From contig JBKJZI010000031.1 in NCBI GenBank assembly GCA_046715155.1, positions 10,875-74,874 on the forward strand: DNA of 64,000 bases, given 5' to 3'. Shown one piece after another: positions 63,701-64,000 of this stretch. The first letter of the stretch is position 1. Each line of letters begins with the position of its first letter. This DNA comes from Chthonomonadales bacterium (GTDB lineage: Bacteria > Armatimonadota > Chthonomonadetes > Chthonomonadales > CAJBBX01). A program made the position numbers and the translations under genes. The notes under the pieces are model-generated. The model ran no database searches. It had not been told where the DNA came from and saw only the letters and a list, made by a program, of their open reading frames with translations.

Positions 63701-63918
63701 GACTTCCCCAGCTCCCGTTGAGAGCGCGGATTCACTTCGCGGCGATAGTCCGTGAGCTCCTGGACACGCACTCGCGTCGCCTTCTCCGAGTCCGTTCGCA
63801 CAAGCGGATTCGCGGGTGGCGGGGATACCTTGTCCTGGGCCAAGACGGCTGCCGAAGCTATCAAAACGAGCAAGAGCGGAAGGACACAACGCGAGGGGGT
63901 TCTCAGCCAGCGAGTCAT
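60721..63918 (-). CDS. Giant outer-membrane polysaccharide export protein (Poly_export domain + about 7-8 SLBB repeats)
   Basis: ATG 63918 follows AGGAG. Signal peptide MTRWLRTPSRCVLPLLLVLIASAAVLAQ. Acidic and Pro/Gln-rich linker. YQLSPGDTLVLRYW...NVPEVGRVVVRGQTASQAE is a Poly_export motif. This is followed by repeated V.V.G.V..PG.Y....G..L.DL...AGG modules. Confidence 0.88.
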   Translation of the reverse strand: MTRWLRTPSRCVLPLLLVLIASAAVLAQDKVSPPPANPLVRTDSEKATRVRVQELTDYRREVNPRSQRELGKSATDLPLFGYTFFDPSRQAILARRSFMQRSLGGGTIPAPAPADVVEKSKSKRIEPTIEEKEAVAKLTSGEKLDLLERKRDGKLTESERSRYRSFLEPVELVDTKDSDSEEETNGEEPTETTTGESRKKRTPARPNRPSPVLTANQQPIPQTPPQSGPIPPANAFSQIADPLTLMYQNIAASVPSDYQLSPGDTLVLRYWSPTLVAREANLTVDSFGAVNVPEVGRVVVRGQTASQAERALAERMKRLYRNAEVSLTMSELRTIPVTISGESFSPGPYSVPAVATAMGLLIGTGGPTEEGTLRGIQVVRRGQVVGSLDLYRFLITGDRTTDVPLQSGDVIYIPPRMQRVAVRGEVRRPAVYELKPGESLKDAVVFAGGIKASGVDQRVQVSTLQPGAARMLKDVDLRTAQSSSQELFDGDSVDVFSVRAELVNKVTVEGAVDQPGEYAIGSGMTVADLVERARRLTSEAYPREAHLYRWNPDNTLKLIQVDLEKALARDSASNVTLSRWDRLVIYTREEIAWTGRREVTVKGAIKKPGLYYRSEGMRVRDLLMQAGGTLPEAYLPHAVLQRQRADGTFALEFVSVEEALKGDQKHNALIEDRDILAIYRSDEARFMPEHTVTLAGEAVAPGKYARGDGMKLSDLLKVAGGLKPSAGDRIVVSRARTTRTAEPLVAAYAPASLAPAPDILLEDGDIITVQGRGDYIEKPYLITVKGAVNRPGPVTVRGSNVRLSDVIKLAGGLKDEAYPEGAEFQRNPEMLATAGQKQLAGVISSLNDELNKLQQSREMAAADIARIKAIGSAVRPQIPINVPGIPQLDGPPPAVATQAGTQAVFGHSLVSPPRVLTPEDLEPKGNVAVNLNAALKNPGKDDDIVMMDGDELTVPERPTTVLVLGAVIRSSAVLFAPGAKSDYYIEQSGGYTADAKKDGIVVIRLGGGLAPLKKIKSFRPGDVIVVPTKVLAEKIGSRSNDIETFFRSITGAGLLYLGAKKLLGL

Positions 63919-64000
63919 TCGGATACTCCTGAGGCGCGCCCTGGAGGAGGGCGCGGAGTGATCGATCGAGCTAATGAAAATGACCACAAACTGTTAGCTT

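Overview
GC-rich (about 60% by eye) bacterial chromosomal window that is almost entirely coding. I call 49 protein genes, 44 of them on the minus strand. I recognised no rRNA, tRNA, CRISPR array, transposase or integrase. Most of the window is a Wzx/Wzy-type exopolysaccharide/capsule locus that appears as two halves. Half A (1-31.4 kb) holds the initiating sugar-phosphate transferase, about 8 glycosyltransferases and a WbpB-D-E-I-like di-N-acetyl-mannuronate block. It also holds two AsnB-type amidotransferases, a CapK-like ligase, a GNAT, a FemAB-like protein, a methyltransferase, a deacetylase-like protein, and Wza, GmhA and a Wzc tyrosine autokinase. Half B (46.7-64 kb) holds a WbpA/TviB-like dehydrogenase, a third AsnB, Wzy-like, Wzz-like and Wzx-like proteins, two GT2, a methyltransferase, an FKP-like kinase/pyrophosphorylase and a giant multi-SLBB exporter. 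About 15 kb of unrelated envelope genes lie between the halves: a GT-C membrane protein, an orphan sugar-binding lipoprotein, an OMP-like protein, a plus-strand TPR/CRTAC1 x2 operon, a DUF1559-type prepilin-like protein and a HAF-repeat protein. The most unusual element is a two-gene cassette at 45042-46387. It pairs an HprK-like P-loop kinase with a PqqD/RRE-domain protein whose C-terminus carries a Tat-like hydrophobic segment and a 33-residue tail with a knottin-type C-C-CC-C-C pattern. Other notable points are two 5x7-nt tandem heptamer arrays around the start of a glycosyltransferase gene and a HAF-repeat gene whose lipoprotein signal peptide is one nucleotide out of frame. Long antisense ORFs in the track are typical high-GC shadows. 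All calls rest on reading the ORF translations and sequence by eye; no database search was run. Gene content hints at a soil PVC/Armatimonadota/Acidobacteriota-like organism, but I cannot determine this.
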